Virus record (IMG/VR): IMGVR_UViG_3300044534_000100
Span: 1-37,531 of that record
Source: a virus
DNA: 37,531 nucleotides
Direction: 5' to 3' (one strand)
Shown here: one piece after another, positions 22,116-32,000 of the stretch
Layout of the letters: each line of letters opens with the position of its first letter
Numbering within the stretch: position 1 is the first letter of the stretch
Made by a program: the position numbers and the translations under genes
The notes under the pieces: generated by a model
The model's database searches: none
Told to the model about the DNA's origin: nothing
What the model saw: the letters and a program-made list of their open reading frames with translations, nothing else

Positions 22116-22572
22116 TAGTATCAGCCTCCTTACGATCAGCTAGTTTATTTTCGCTAGGGATTCCCTTACCACTTAATCGATCTTGTGCAGGAGCCATTGG
22201 CTTAGGGATTAAACTGCCTGTTGCTGGCTCAGCTTTACCTGTTAAGTCTGACTTTTCATAAGCTGCTTGGACGGCCGATTCAATTGCTTTCATGTCAATA
22301 TTAGTAAAGCCATGCTTAGCCAAGACGTTTTGAACAATTGTGGTTGCTTGATTGAACTTGTCATTGCCAGACATCTGAGCATTAACCAGTGAACTAACTG
22401 CTGTGTCAGCTACTTGTTCAATAAAGCTCCACAGTTCCTTTGACTGAATTGTCTTTGCATGTTGAGCCTTGCTGTGTAGTAAGTTCTTCCCTGCATTCAT
22501 GAGATAAAAAATAGCGGTTGAAACAACCGCTGTAATTACATATTCCGGAATGGCATTAATAATTTCATTCAT
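22096..22572 (-). CDS. Holin (LL-H-like)
   Basis: One N-terminal TM segment, located directly upstream of the lysin and overlapping it. Confidence 0.6.
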   Translation of the reverse strand: MNEIINAIPEYVITAVVSTAIFYLMNAGKNLLHSKAQHAKTIQSKELWSFIEQVADTAVSSLVNAQMSGNDKFNQATTIVQNVLAKHGFTNIDMKAIESAVQAAYEKSDLTGKAEPATGSLIPKPMAPAQDRLSGKGIPSENKLADRKEADTNDSSNR

Positions 22573-22874
22573 TTTCGATATTCCCCCTCCAGGTTTGTAA
22601 TCCGTCGTTCATGATCCTCCAGCTGCTCATCGTGATGGATAAACTTCTTGTCGTCCTCTTCAAGGCGTAGCTCTGCCTGTGACTGACGATTGTAAAACTC
22701 CCTTAAACTATCGTTTACGTGCTGCAACTGATGCCTGATAGGATCAAACAATTCTTTGTCTGCTCTATTAAGCAGCCAGCGAAGGATAAACACGATAGCT
22801 GTTAAGATAGCAATGATAGAGGCCCATTCGTTCCATTCAAGGCTGAATAGAGAATGTGGTGTAATCCAGTTCAT
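22569..22874 (-). CDS. Lysis-cassette membrane protein (TM plus coiled coil)
   Basis: The TM is WASIIAILTAIVFILRWLL. The gene is coupled to the holin gene by an ATGA overlap. Confidence 0.5.
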   Translation of the reverse strand: MNWITPHSLFSLEWNEWASIIAILTAIVFILRWLLNRADKELFDPIRHQLQHVNDSLREFYNRQSQAELRLEEDDKKFIHHDEQLEDHERRITNLEGEYRK

Positions 22875-22902
22875 TTCTTTACCTTCTCCCTATACCTATC
22901 AG

Positions 22903-22931
22903 CCGCCCATAATAAAAGCCCCACTCGTTTG
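22903..22931 (-). terminator. Intrinsic terminator between the tail-fibre and lysis modules
   Basis: 9-bp stem 22910-22918/22923-22931. The single imperfect pair is a G-U wobble only on the minus strand. A U-run follows. Confidence 0.55.
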
Positions 22932-22984
22932 AGTGAGGCTTATTTATGTATTGTGTATTTCTTCGGCGACTATGTGTTAGCTAT

Positions 22985-23125
22985 CTAGGCAACGTAATCA
23001 ACGCCAGTCAGTTCCTTATACTGGTTTGCGTCAATTCCCATACCAACGTAAACCTTGTAATATTGTGGGTCATGGTTGCCCCAGTCGTTCCAAAACATCT
23101 TTAGCATATCTAATGTGCTCATCAT
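22985..23125 (-). CDS. XkdX-family small protein (46 aa)
   Basis: Sequence MMSTLDMLKMFWNDWGNHDPQYYKVYVGMGIDANQYKELTGVDYVA. It is below the ORF-track length cutoff. Confidence 0.55.
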   Translation of the reverse strand: MMSTLDMLKMFWNDWGNHDPQYYKVYVGMGIDANQYKELTGVDYVA

Positions 23126-23127
23126 AA

Positions 23128-23502
23128 TTAGTTACTTCCTTTCTTTAATTCCGTAATAGTTGCCTGCTGGGTCATAATCATCTTTTGCATTTGCGTCAGG
23201 TTCGCCTGTTGCGCCATGACCGTCTTTTGCAACTGAGTAATATTGGCTTGTTGAGCCATTAATAATTGTTGGCCCTCACTTGGTTTAATGTTAGCTTGTT
23301 GCTGGGCGATTGATGCCGCTACTTGTTGTTGGAATGTTGCATTATCCATTCCGCCAACCCACTCAGTACCATTGAACTTTTGATAGCTCTTAGTTGGATC
23401 TGGCGCTACTGTTGTCGTATATGGTGGTAAATTATTGGCATCAGCAACTTCAATTTCAGCTAATTGATACCCGTAATGTTGATCGTACATATATGCTTTC
23501 AT
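23128..23502 (-). CDS. Tail-fibre-associated protein with Q-rich heptad repeats (XkdW-position)
   Basis: Contains repeated QQANITQLQK/QQANLTQMQK. Called from its position. Confidence 0.55.
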   Translation of the reverse strand: MKAYMYDQHYGYQLAEIEVADANNLPPYTTTVAPDPTKSYQKFNGTEWVGGMDNATFQQQVAASIAQQQANIKPSEGQQLLMAQQANITQLQKTVMAQQANLTQMQKMIMTQQATITELKKGSN

Positions 23503-23519
23503 CTTACTTCACCTCTCCT

Positions 23520-23945
23520 TTATTGTTCGTACTTAGTTTGTACTACTGTCCATGTGTCCCATCTAGCTCCCGCACGAATGCGCATGAACATCCAGCCACC
23601 AGTAGAACAAATTAACTGTACTTTAGAAGTAGTATCATTTCCCAACTGGAGAATCCAACCCCATTCAGCAGTGCCTTGTATTGCTTTAGGCCAATTACTA
23701 TTCGCTGGCACCTTGCTGTCTTCCCAAAAGCCAAAGTTATGCGCTCCCATAGTAATGTTATTAAGATCGGGATTATCTTTCCCAATAAAGTTGCCAATTT
23801 GCAGTGCATTACTATTCAGCGTGCCTAATTGTTTGTCTTGGTCAATATTCTCTTCAAGTAGTTTGTTAAAGTTTTCAGCAATCTTTTCTGCACCTAAGTC
23901 CATACCAGTAAAGATGCTTGCAATATCTGTTTCTGCTATTGCCAT
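23520..23945 (-). CDS. Distal tail/fibre-region structural protein, function unknown
   Basis: 141-aa ORF in the baseplate/fibre block. Confidence 0.6.
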   Translation of the reverse strand: MAIAETDIASIFTGMDLGAEKIAENFNKLLEENIDQDKQLGTLNSNALQIGNFIGKDNPDLNNITMGAHNFGFWEDSKVPANSNWPKAIQGTAEWGWILQLGNDTTSKVQLICSTGGWMFMRIRAGARWDTWTVVQTKYEQ

Positions 23946-23951
23946 TAATTA

Positions 23952-24410
23952 TCATTCCTTTCCCTTATAGTAAAGAGCCTTGTAGCCTTCAAAGACTCCA
24001 AAGCTCTTGTCTGGTAGTTGTTTCATTGTTAAGCCATCGCTCATCAAGTTAAAACTGTTAGTGATCTCAATCGTGCTCGTCCCGTTAGCCGAGCTAATTA
24101 CCTTTGCTGGGATAATTTGTCGATTGCCACCGCCGAACATACCCTTGGGTTCCGTCCCAATCGGGACTAATCCTAAGGCATATTCAAGGTAGACTAACGA
24201 CACCGTTGCTCCAGTAGTTAAGCTAACTGGCACCTTAACTTGAATTCCGCGAGTTTTAACCGTCAGGCTCGCCCTTGGACTTTCACGGAAGCCATTAAAG
24301 GACGCCACTGACAAGTTATAAGCAGTGTTGGGAGTTAATCCCGTTACTTGATACTGCTTGTTGTTCACCGTGCCAATTAATTGATCACCGTTTCGGATTC
24401 GATACTGCAT
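23952..24410 (-). CDS. Tail-fibre-region protein beginning with FN3 strands C-G
   Basis: Sequence QYRIRNGDQLIGTVNNKQYQVTGLTPNTAYNLSVASFNGFRES. The ATG is in frame with the upstream ORF, after TGA TGA TGA. Confidence 0.7.
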   Translation of the reverse strand: MQYRIRNGDQLIGTVNNKQYQVTGLTPNTAYNLSVASFNGFRESPRASLTVKTRGIQVKVPVSLTTGATVSLVYLEYALGLVPIGTEPKGMFGGGNRQIIPAKVISSANGTSTIEITNSFNLMSDGLTMKQLPDKSFGVFEGYKALYYKGKE

Positions 24411-24416
24411 TCATCA

Positions 24417-24926
24417 TCAGTCCCAACTTAAATCAAGCGAGTTTGGTGTCACGTTAGTTGCCGCTAAGTTGGTCACGTTAACCAGCGCTTCGTAAACCGT
24501 TAAGCTAATCACGTTAGAGACCTTTTCGCCAATCTTTGCGGTAATAGTTGCCGTACCTGGAGCAATCGCTTTGACATTCCCCGCACCATCAACCGTTGCC
24601 ACTTGCGTGTTTGATGAGGTCAATACTGCTGCACCGTCAGTTTCATTAGCCGGCGTAATTGTAACGGTAACTTTAGCCGTTCCGCCAACTTCAAGACTAG
24701 TCTTGTCAATTGCCAGCGTAATCCCTTGAACTGGAATCGCTGATGTTTTGACCGTGATCACGTTCGACTTAGCACTTTCCCGCAATCCATTGTAGGAACT
24801 TACAGCGAAGCGATAAGTTGAGTTAGCTGTTAACCCCGTAACGGTGTATTCTTTCTTGTTCTCAACTTCGGCAATCTTCGTCAGTTCGCCGTCCGTCCCA
24901 ACGCCTTGATAGATATAGAATTTCAT
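24417..24926 (-). CDS. Tail-fibre-region protein: partial FN3 (strands C-G), then Big_2 Ig-like domain, then FN3 strands A-B
   Basis: Partial FN3: KFYIYQG...YTVTGLTANSTYRFAVSSYNGLRES. Big_2: LEVGGTAKVTVTITPANETDGAAVLTSSNTQVATVDGAGNVKAIAPGTATITA. The C-terminus is NLAATNVTPNSLDLSWD. Confidence 0.75.
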   Translation of the reverse strand: MKFYIYQGVGTDGELTKIAEVENKKEYTVTGLTANSTYRFAVSSYNGLRESAKSNVITVKTSAIPVQGITLAIDKTSLEVGGTAKVTVTITPANETDGAAVLTSSNTQVATVDGAGNVKAIAPGTATITAKIGEKVSNVISLTVYEALVNVTNLAATNVTPNSLDLSWD

Positions 24927-24929
24927 TAA

Positions 24930-26339
24930 CTAATACCTCCATAATAATCTTTGTGTGTGTTCATCAATGTAGACCGCCCGGAGGTCGGTTGGACTTGTTG
25001 GCTTCGAGAAGTAACCCGTGTTCGGTGATAGGTAAGAATTACCTTCTCCATCACCTGCTTGGGCTTTAGCGTCATCAATCGGTATTCCCAAGTCAACCTT
25101 GATCGTCCGGTTACCATCAATCAGGTACCAAGCACCAAATTTATAGTGCGGTACGGCATCAAGATAGAAGTTCCGGGGAATCTTAACCTTAATTGTGTTT
25201 GCATCGGGGTATTCCGCAATGCAATTAATCAGTTTGGTATTTGTTTGCCCGAAACCATGACTAGTCTTTCCTAGGCCATCCCGTTCAGTTCCGATAGCGT
25301 CCTCGTAGTACAAAACCGCTGGACGTAGTGGGTGTTCGCATTGATTATGCTTAATTTCAATTGTGTACCCGTAGAGGAAGTCTTCTAAGCTGTCCGCACT
25401 CAACAAGGATGAGTTCCGTTCCGCAACTAAGCCCATATTGGTATTAATGCTAATTACGTTCTGCTCGTCTGGCGTTTCGTCCTTGTGTTTGGCTCGAATA
25501 TTCCAATAAGCCCCGTGACCATCATCGTAATTATCCCAGCCGTGCGTGATTGCAAGGTCACCATCTATTAATGCTGTGTAATTCTGCATTGCATTAACAG
25601 TGGCAAAGTGGAATGGTCTGTCATGAAATTGTGCTTGTTTGAGAATCTCTTGAATCTGATTTGCCATTGTTAGTAATGATGAATATTTCATCATCAATCC
25701 TTCTTTAGGATCATCAACAGCGTTAAGCGCATCTTGCAAGGATTGCTTATAATTTGCCAGCCATCCCAAAAAGTCTGTTTTCGTACTATCGCCAAGTTCA
25801 GTGATTGTTTTGGTAGTATCATCAACCAACTTTTGGATTTGTTGAGTATCAACATCAGCTTCATCTTGAAGCTTCTTCAAAATATCGTTGAACTCATCAA
25901 TAACCGACTTAGCATGTTCCCCCATCCGAGCGTAGAAATTGCTTCCCATAACTACTAATAAGATGTTAACGGTTGATACAATCTTGCCGTCAGGACTAAT
26001 AAAACTAAAGTAGGCCTGTTCCCATTGACCATCACATTGGAAAATGTTTGCGTCAAAGTAAAGGGTAATTCGCCCGGTCTTAATCATATCAAGCTGTTGT
26101 GAATCGTCCATCTTCATATATGACCGAAAATCGTTGTGCTGAAAGTCGGTACCTTGAAACAGGACACGCCAACCAGTCATATCTTGCGGAAGTGAATTAG
26201 AATACACCCATAGCTTAATATAACTATCAACGTCACCAACACGTCCCTTGAACTTATCCCTAATATCAATCGTTTCATCTTGATCACGTAATAAGTCTAC
26301 CGGAATATATTGATTTAATTTTGCTAATTGTGTTGCCAC
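24930..26339 (-). CDS. Baseplate upper protein (BppU-like N-terminus) ending in FN3 strands A-B
   Basis: The N-terminal region resembles BppU_N. The C-terminus is PTSPTDLRAVYIDEHTQRLLWRY. Confidence 0.6.
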   Translation of the reverse strand: MATQLAKLNQYIPVDLLRDQDETIDIRDKFKGRVGDVDSYIKLWVYSNSLPQDMTGWRVLFQGTDFQHNDFRSYMKMDDSQQLDMIKTGRITLYFDANIFQCDGQWEQAYFSFISPDGKIVSTVNILLVVMGSNFYARMGEHAKSVIDEFNDILKKLQDEADVDTQQIQKLVDDTTKTITELGDSTKTDFLGWLANYKQSLQDALNAVDDPKEGLMMKYSSLLTMANQIQEILKQAQFHDRPFHFATVNAMQNYTALIDGDLAITHGWDNYDDGHGAYWNIRAKHKDETPDEQNVISINTNMGLVAERNSSLLSADSLEDFLYGYTIEIKHNQCEHPLRPAVLYYEDAIGTERDGLGKTSHGFGQTNTKLINCIAEYPDANTIKVKIPRNFYLDAVPHYKFGAWYLIDGNRTIKVDLGIPIDDAKAQAGDGEGNSYLSPNTGYFSKPTSPTDLRAVYIDEHTQRLLWRY

Positions 26340-26530
26340 TATTTTTCACCTCCTCCTAGTTGGTTTAATGCTTCATCGCTCAATCCTAAAGTACCGGTCA
26401 GATTATTTTGTTTCTTATCTAAGCCGTCAATAGCATCACCGATAATTGTAAAGTTCTCAATTAACTGTTTACGCAATTCTTGACCGTCTAGCGACAAGTC
26501 ATGAATGTGTAGTCTGTCCTTTATCGCCAT
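26339..26530 (-). CDS. Small structural-module protein (63 aa)
   Basis: The ATG at 26530 follows GAAGGGGA. It overlaps the end of Tal by 32 nt. Confidence 0.5.
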   Translation of the reverse strand: MAIKDRLHIHDLSLDGQELRKQLIENFTIIGDAIDGLDKKQNNLTGTLGLSDEALNQLGGGEK

Positions 26531-28175
26531 CTGTATCTTCCCCTTCTTCCGTACTCAACTTTAATTTGCCATCGTCACCAGCAGTTAAGGTATAAACTTT
26601 CCCATTAGGAGAGCGCAGTTGTAATCCATTAGTGGGTATGTCATCAGCCGTAACCGGCGGATTAATTTCGTGTGACTTACTACCACTATTACCATTACCG
26701 CTATGAATAGCCGTTCTTGCAGCATCATTTCGGTTACTCCATTCATCGGGGCCAAAAATCTTATTGCCAAATGTGATGGTATCGGTTTGAGTGGTTGTCG
26801 GGTCCTTATATTGAGTAAAGCTCTGAATACGCACATTCACATCAATTCCAAAACGATCACGCAACCATCCATTGTTACCAATTGCGATTTCGTTATTAAT
26901 CCCACTCAGATTATTTTTGAAACTTACCCAGTCCATTGTGTATTGAACATCTGGGTAATCGTGGAGTTGAGCCTTCATGGCATCTTTTAAGGCGTTCTCA
27001 TCTGTGATTGTGTCACTAGTGAACGGATCCGCCCAGATTTTGCCCCACTTCTTGTCATCCGCCATCGGACTATCATATTCGCCCTGACAGGTATATTGTG
27101 GCTGCTGGTCAGTCGTATCAGTTGTTGATGAATCATCAGAATCACCACTGCCTTGAACCTTAGCCGCCATTTGTGCATTTCTTACACCAAAAGCAGGTGG
27201 CCACGCATTAATTGCTTGAATAACTGTTCCTCGTTCTTCGTTAGCAGCCATTTCAAGCGTGTTGCTATCAAGCGCTAATGCAACGTGGTAAGTTGAACCT
27301 CTCGAACCCCAAAAGAGCATATCGCCCTCTTGATAAGGCGGACCAACTACTTGACCTTGATACTCTTCGTAAGTAGTCGGTTGATGCATCGGAATACCAA
27401 AATGATTATAAACATAAGCCACAAATCCAGAACAATCCCAGCCACTCGGTGAACTACCACCGTAAACATAAGGTACGCCAGCATACTGACGAGCAAATGA
27501 AGCTACTGCTCCACTACCACCACTAGAATCATCGCTACTAGTATCTTGCTCAATTTCTTTACCAGTACCTTTAATGGCTGTTTCAATCGTAGTGTAGTCT
27601 TCGTTAACCTGAATCTTTGAAGCGTTGACTTTGTCAATAAAGACAAAAGAGTTGTCTTTACCAATCTTGGTTGCTAAATGAATTGTGGTATTGTCAAACC
27701 AGAACTCAATACCAAAGGCTTCAGCAATTGAATTAAGCACATCATCACCATGTGCATTGCCTAAAGTGTCAGAACCAAAATCATGATCGCTAACGTTGCC
27801 ATCAATCGAATAACTGAACTTACTTCCCGATACTAAAAAATCACAGCAAGCCTTTAATGATTGACTACCTGTGATTGTGTTATCTAAATATAAATCGTGT
27901 AAGTCGTGAGCAATATGAATGGTTGTCACCGCATACACTCGGTACTTATTCGTTGGAACCGGGTTAGAAGTAGCGATGCGGTACTGTTGACCTGTTGTCG
28001 GATCAGTAATAATTGCCCGAGGAGCAATCATCTTTTCAGCTACTTCATTATCCTCATTTGCAATAAAGCTGAAGTTAAGTGTCGGATACGATTTTAACGT
28101 GTCAGTAACGGCTACATCATAAGCATGTACTGCTGTTACATCCCCTGCTGGTGAGCGAATTGGTAAACTAAGCAC
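26499..28175 (-). CDS. Tail-associated lysin (Tal) with an embedded NlpC/P60 endopeptidase domain
   Basis: Contains GVPYVYGGSSPSGWDCSGFVAYVY...STYHVALAL. The GTG start lies 8 nt after AAGGAG. The gene follows Dit. Confidence 0.75.
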   Translation of the reverse strand: MLSLPIRSPAGDVTAVHAYDVAVTDTLKSYPTLNFSFIANEDNEVAEKMIAPRAIITDPTTGQQYRIATSNPVPTNKYRVYAVTTIHIAHDLHDLYLDNTITGSQSLKACCDFLVSGSKFSYSIDGNVSDHDFGSDTLGNAHGDDVLNSIAEAFGIEFWFDNTTIHLATKIGKDNSFVFIDKVNASKIQVNEDYTTIETAIKGTGKEIEQDTSSDDSSGGSGAVASFARQYAGVPYVYGGSSPSGWDCSGFVAYVYNHFGIPMHQPTTYEEYQGQVVGPPYQEGDMLFWGSRGSTYHVALALDSNTLEMAANEERGTVIQAINAWPPAFGVRNAQMAAKVQGSGDSDDSSTTDTTDQQPQYTCQGEYDSPMADDKKWGKIWADPFTSDTITDENALKDAMKAQLHDYPDVQYTMDWVSFKNNLSGINNEIAIGNNGWLRDRFGIDVNVRIQSFTQYKDPTTTQTDTITFGNKIFGPDEWSNRNDAARTAIHSGNGNSGSKSHEINPPVTADDIPTNGLQLRSPNGKVYTLTAGDDGKLKLSTEEGEDTDGDKGQTTHS

Positions 28176-28187
28176 ATCATCATCTCC

Positions 28188-29006
28188 TTAGTAATAAAAC
28201 CGAGTATCAAACTTAATCGTGAAGTTACTTGCACCATCAAGGTGTAGCTTATTAACTCCCGTTTCAAAATCTAAGAAGCCATGATTACCAGCATCATAAT
28301 TTTGTGTGCCGTTAATCGTTGGCATTACGCCCTCAATAGTTAACTTATCGTTAACTGTGAGGGCATTCTTATATTGAAATGATTGTCCCGTTGTCTGATT
28401 AGTTAGCGTAATACCGTTTGAAGCGGTACCTTGAAATTCAATCTTAACTGGGTGTTCTTCTGCCGTTAGTTTGATAATCCCAGCATTGAGAAATTCAAAA
28501 TCACTTTGATTAGTAAAGGTATATTGCCATTCATTACGAAATAGTCCCATACCTAAACCAATTCCTTTACCAGTCCCTTTATCAAAATCTTGGGTTGTGT
28601 AAGAACTCTCAGCATATCCGTCCGGACAATCTAGGTTAATCTGCACGTTAGATGCCCGCCAGAATGAATTGTCACGGCTAACGCTAACTGGTTCAGCGTA
28701 AACTTTCCAACGGATTTCTTTATTAGTGGTGTCATAAACATAGAACGCTTCATGGCTTTGGAGCATTCGATTAAGCTTCATTCTTTGAAGAAACAAGTCA
28801 TTAGAATCAATTGCTAACATATTCAAAGTTAACGGGATAACTAGCTGTTGTGCTTGAACGCCAGTCATTAAGGCTCTATATTGCCCGATTTGCTGGTAGT
28901 TGTAATTGTAGTTGGTCGTTGGTACATCAAACTTTTTTACCCTGAAACCAAGCTGATCTAAATCAAAAATAGTTCCATCGAGTTTTTGAAAGATTATTGT
29001 ACTCAT
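28188..29006 (-). CDS. Distal tail protein (Dit)
   Basis: 272 aa, lying immediately after the tape measure gene. Confidence 0.7.
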   Translation of the reverse strand: MSTIIFQKLDGTIFDLDQLGFRVKKFDVPTTNYNYNYQQIGQYRALMTGVQAQQLVIPLTLNMLAIDSNDLFLQRMKLNRMLQSHEAFYVYDTTNKEIRWKVYAEPVSVSRDNSFWRASNVQINLDCPDGYAESSYTTQDFDKGTGKGIGLGMGLFRNEWQYTFTNQSDFEFLNAGIIKLTAEEHPVKIEFQGTASNGITLTNQTTGQSFQYKNALTVNDKLTIEGVMPTINGTQNYDAGNHGFLDFETGVNKLHLDGASNFTIKFDTRFYY

Positions 29007-32000
29007 TAGTAAACACCTCCCAGCGGTTGCGCACCTCCAACAGGAATAGCCCCGCCATTAGCTTGAATATTGATTTCATGACTTCGAATTGCTCGCCAAG
29101 TAGCGTAAGTAACGTGACCGATTGTCTTACCGTCAACGTTCATGACAACGTTTAAATTACCGTCAATCTTTGCTGAACGACTAGCTACTGAACTAGCAGT
29201 ACGAACTTGATTAGTTCCCTGATTGATAACCGGCACTAAGTTATTAGCGCTATTTTTAGCTGATTCAATCAGTTTACTAAGCGTGCCTGCAAAGCCATTC
29301 GGGTTAATCTTTGCCCTTGCTTCAATGGCTTCGGCAATATGACCTTCTGAAGTATCACGGGCTGGATTAACGGCTAATTCAGGTTCACCGGGAACTTCGC
29401 CAAAGATGGAGAACTTATCAGCCCAACCACCATTAGCATAGCCTTGTGGTGACCAACCACGACGTACGCCAATTGGCGCTAAGTCTGAACGCCATGTACT
29501 ATCAGCTAAAACAGCCATGATTTGGTCAACTGCACTATGGATATTGCTATGACCAGCCGGAAGATGGCGTACTGCTGCTCCCCAAGTTCCAAGCTTAAAT
29601 TGGAATAATCCAATTGGTCGACCCGTGCCATCATGATCATCAATTCCACCGCCTTGAGCCGGATTAACAGTTGATTCAACCATTGCTTGCCAATAAAGTC
29701 GTTCAATATCAGACGCTGAAAGTGACTGATGCATTAATGCAGCCGCAACTTGAGCAGCTTTAGCAAATTCCCCTTTCGACATTTTGCCGCCACCGCCAAT
29801 GCTCTCCATGAACTTGTCAGCCATCTTCTTAATATAATTGCCAATAGAGTTTTTAGCATATTCAAATGAACCTTTGGTAGTACGCTTAACACCACCCATT
29901 GACGGTTGAGCATTAAGCATTTTATCAAGCCCAGTCTTTCCTTTTAACCAATCCCAGACTTCACTTGCACCCTTGCCAATAAGGTCGAATGCTTCTTCCA
30001 TACCATCTTTGGCATCATCAATGAAATCACTAATTTTAGCACCAGTACCCTTAGCATATCCTGGCAGTTTCCCACCATTCATTGCCATTGCGGCGGTTGA
30101 TTGAGCGTGAGTAAGAATTGAAGTACCAGCAGACAGATACCGGAGTTCTGGCCCACCAGCACCAAGCACTTCATACCCTCGTGGAGTATGTGCAAGTTCA
30201 AAACCCTCTTCACCAACCAGTGCAAGTTGGTTTTCTTTCAAGGCACCTGTACCAGTAGCATACCCAGTTGGAACACTTGGCATATTTTTTGTACTTTGTT
30301 GGAAGAATTTAAGTACGTCTTTAACACCATTCAGAAACTTATTCCATATTCCACCGGCATGACTATATCCAGATGAATAATTGCTATTAACGCCTTGCAT
30401 TTCAGTCTGTGAGGCGCTTATGTGACCAGTTGCTTCATCCATTGCTGAACGGTTAACATCGTTTTTCTGGTCTTCAATTTCTCTTGAAACTTTACGGTGC
30501 TGTTCACGGGCGGTCTTTGTTACTGAGTCGTATTGACGATTTGCTTCTTTAATTGAACCATCACGTTGTTTCTTTGCATTATCAACAATATCTTCATACT
30601 GTTTTTTACTAATAGTATGATTCTCTTTATATTCACGCTCTGCTGTTTTAGTAGTTTCGCGATACTTTTCTCTTGCAGACTTAATAACTTCATCCCTAGC
30701 CTTTTGAGCTGGACGAACAGTAGCTTGATATTGTTTGTTAGCGTCACGTTGGGTTTGTTTTAGGTCTTGTTGACTTAGCTTACCTTTTCTCTTAATCAGG
30801 TCTTTATAGATTTTCTCCTGCTGACTAGCGCCTTTCTTAACACTGGCATTTATGCTTTTATCAGCCTTCATTTGGTCACGAACTAGAACTTTAGTATAGT
30901 TTTGATTCTCTTTTTGGATTTCACGAATCCGTTCTTGATTGTATTGCTTAGAGTTCTTGCCATACTTCCGTTCAATTTCGAGAAGCTTCTTAGTCTGACC
31001 ACTTTCGATAGTTTGCAATCTCTTATAGTGATTGTTAGTTGCATCTTGCATAGATTTCAGGGTACTTTGCTCGGCCTTAATTCGCTTATTATCAGCGTCC
31101 TTTTCAGCTTGAAGCTTCTTATTGGCTTGTTGCTGAGTAATAACGCCTTCCTTAACGAGTTGCTGAAGGTCTTTCTGTGAACGTTTTTCCTTATCATCGT
31201 AGTATCTCTTAAGGGACTTCGACATATCGCTATACAGCTTATCTGTCCTTGCCTTTGTCTCAGAAATACTCTTAGGATCAACGTCCATCTTAATGACAGT
31301 TCTTGCAACTTTATTCAAATCAGGGCGAATTGCCTTAGATGAGCCTGAAGTATCGGTATCAATCTTAATCTTGGTATGAGCAACAATGGAATGACCGGCC
31401 ATCGCTTTGTTAGCTGCATTACCGGCTGTTTCACCAATTTTTTTACCAAGCCATTCACCAGCCATTGCACCAACAGCGGTACCTTCAGGGCCAATAAATG
31501 AACCAGCAAGTGCACCAAGAGCTGTACCAGCAATGGAACCAGTAGAGCCGCCTACTTTTTGTCCTGTATTGTTTGAGGATAAAAGTTCAGTACCAACACC
31601 GGCTACTGCCGTAAGCACTGGAACAGCCTTGTTTGCACGGAGTACATTCACAGCGCCACTAGCACTATTTAATCGTGGTAGCATCGCACGACCAGCGTTT
31701 TGTTCAGCACTTGCTTCTGTTAGGTATTGAGGAGCAGTTGAACCACCGCCTAGATTAAGCGCGCTCATTGCTTTTTGAGTTGCTTCAAATGAAAGCAGTG
31801 CTTCTCTTGCTCTTGACATCCATATTACAAAGTCCATGATTCGCTTAACGGCGAACATCGCAACCAATGCTACCGTAAATGCTCTAACAGCACCTTCGTG
31901 AGAAACAAGATCTTTGGTAACATCATCAAGTAATTCTAGCGGATCAACAGCAGCTTTACCGTTTTTACCCACCAGGCCAAACGTGTGAGCAATGATACTT

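Noticed and set aside
24408-24419. TGA reassigned to an amino acid (genetic code 4) to explain the TGA TGA TGA run
   Set aside because: TGA ends many well-supported genes here, such as the antirepressor and the 9341..9562 ORF. Triple readthrough is implausible, so the standard code is retained.
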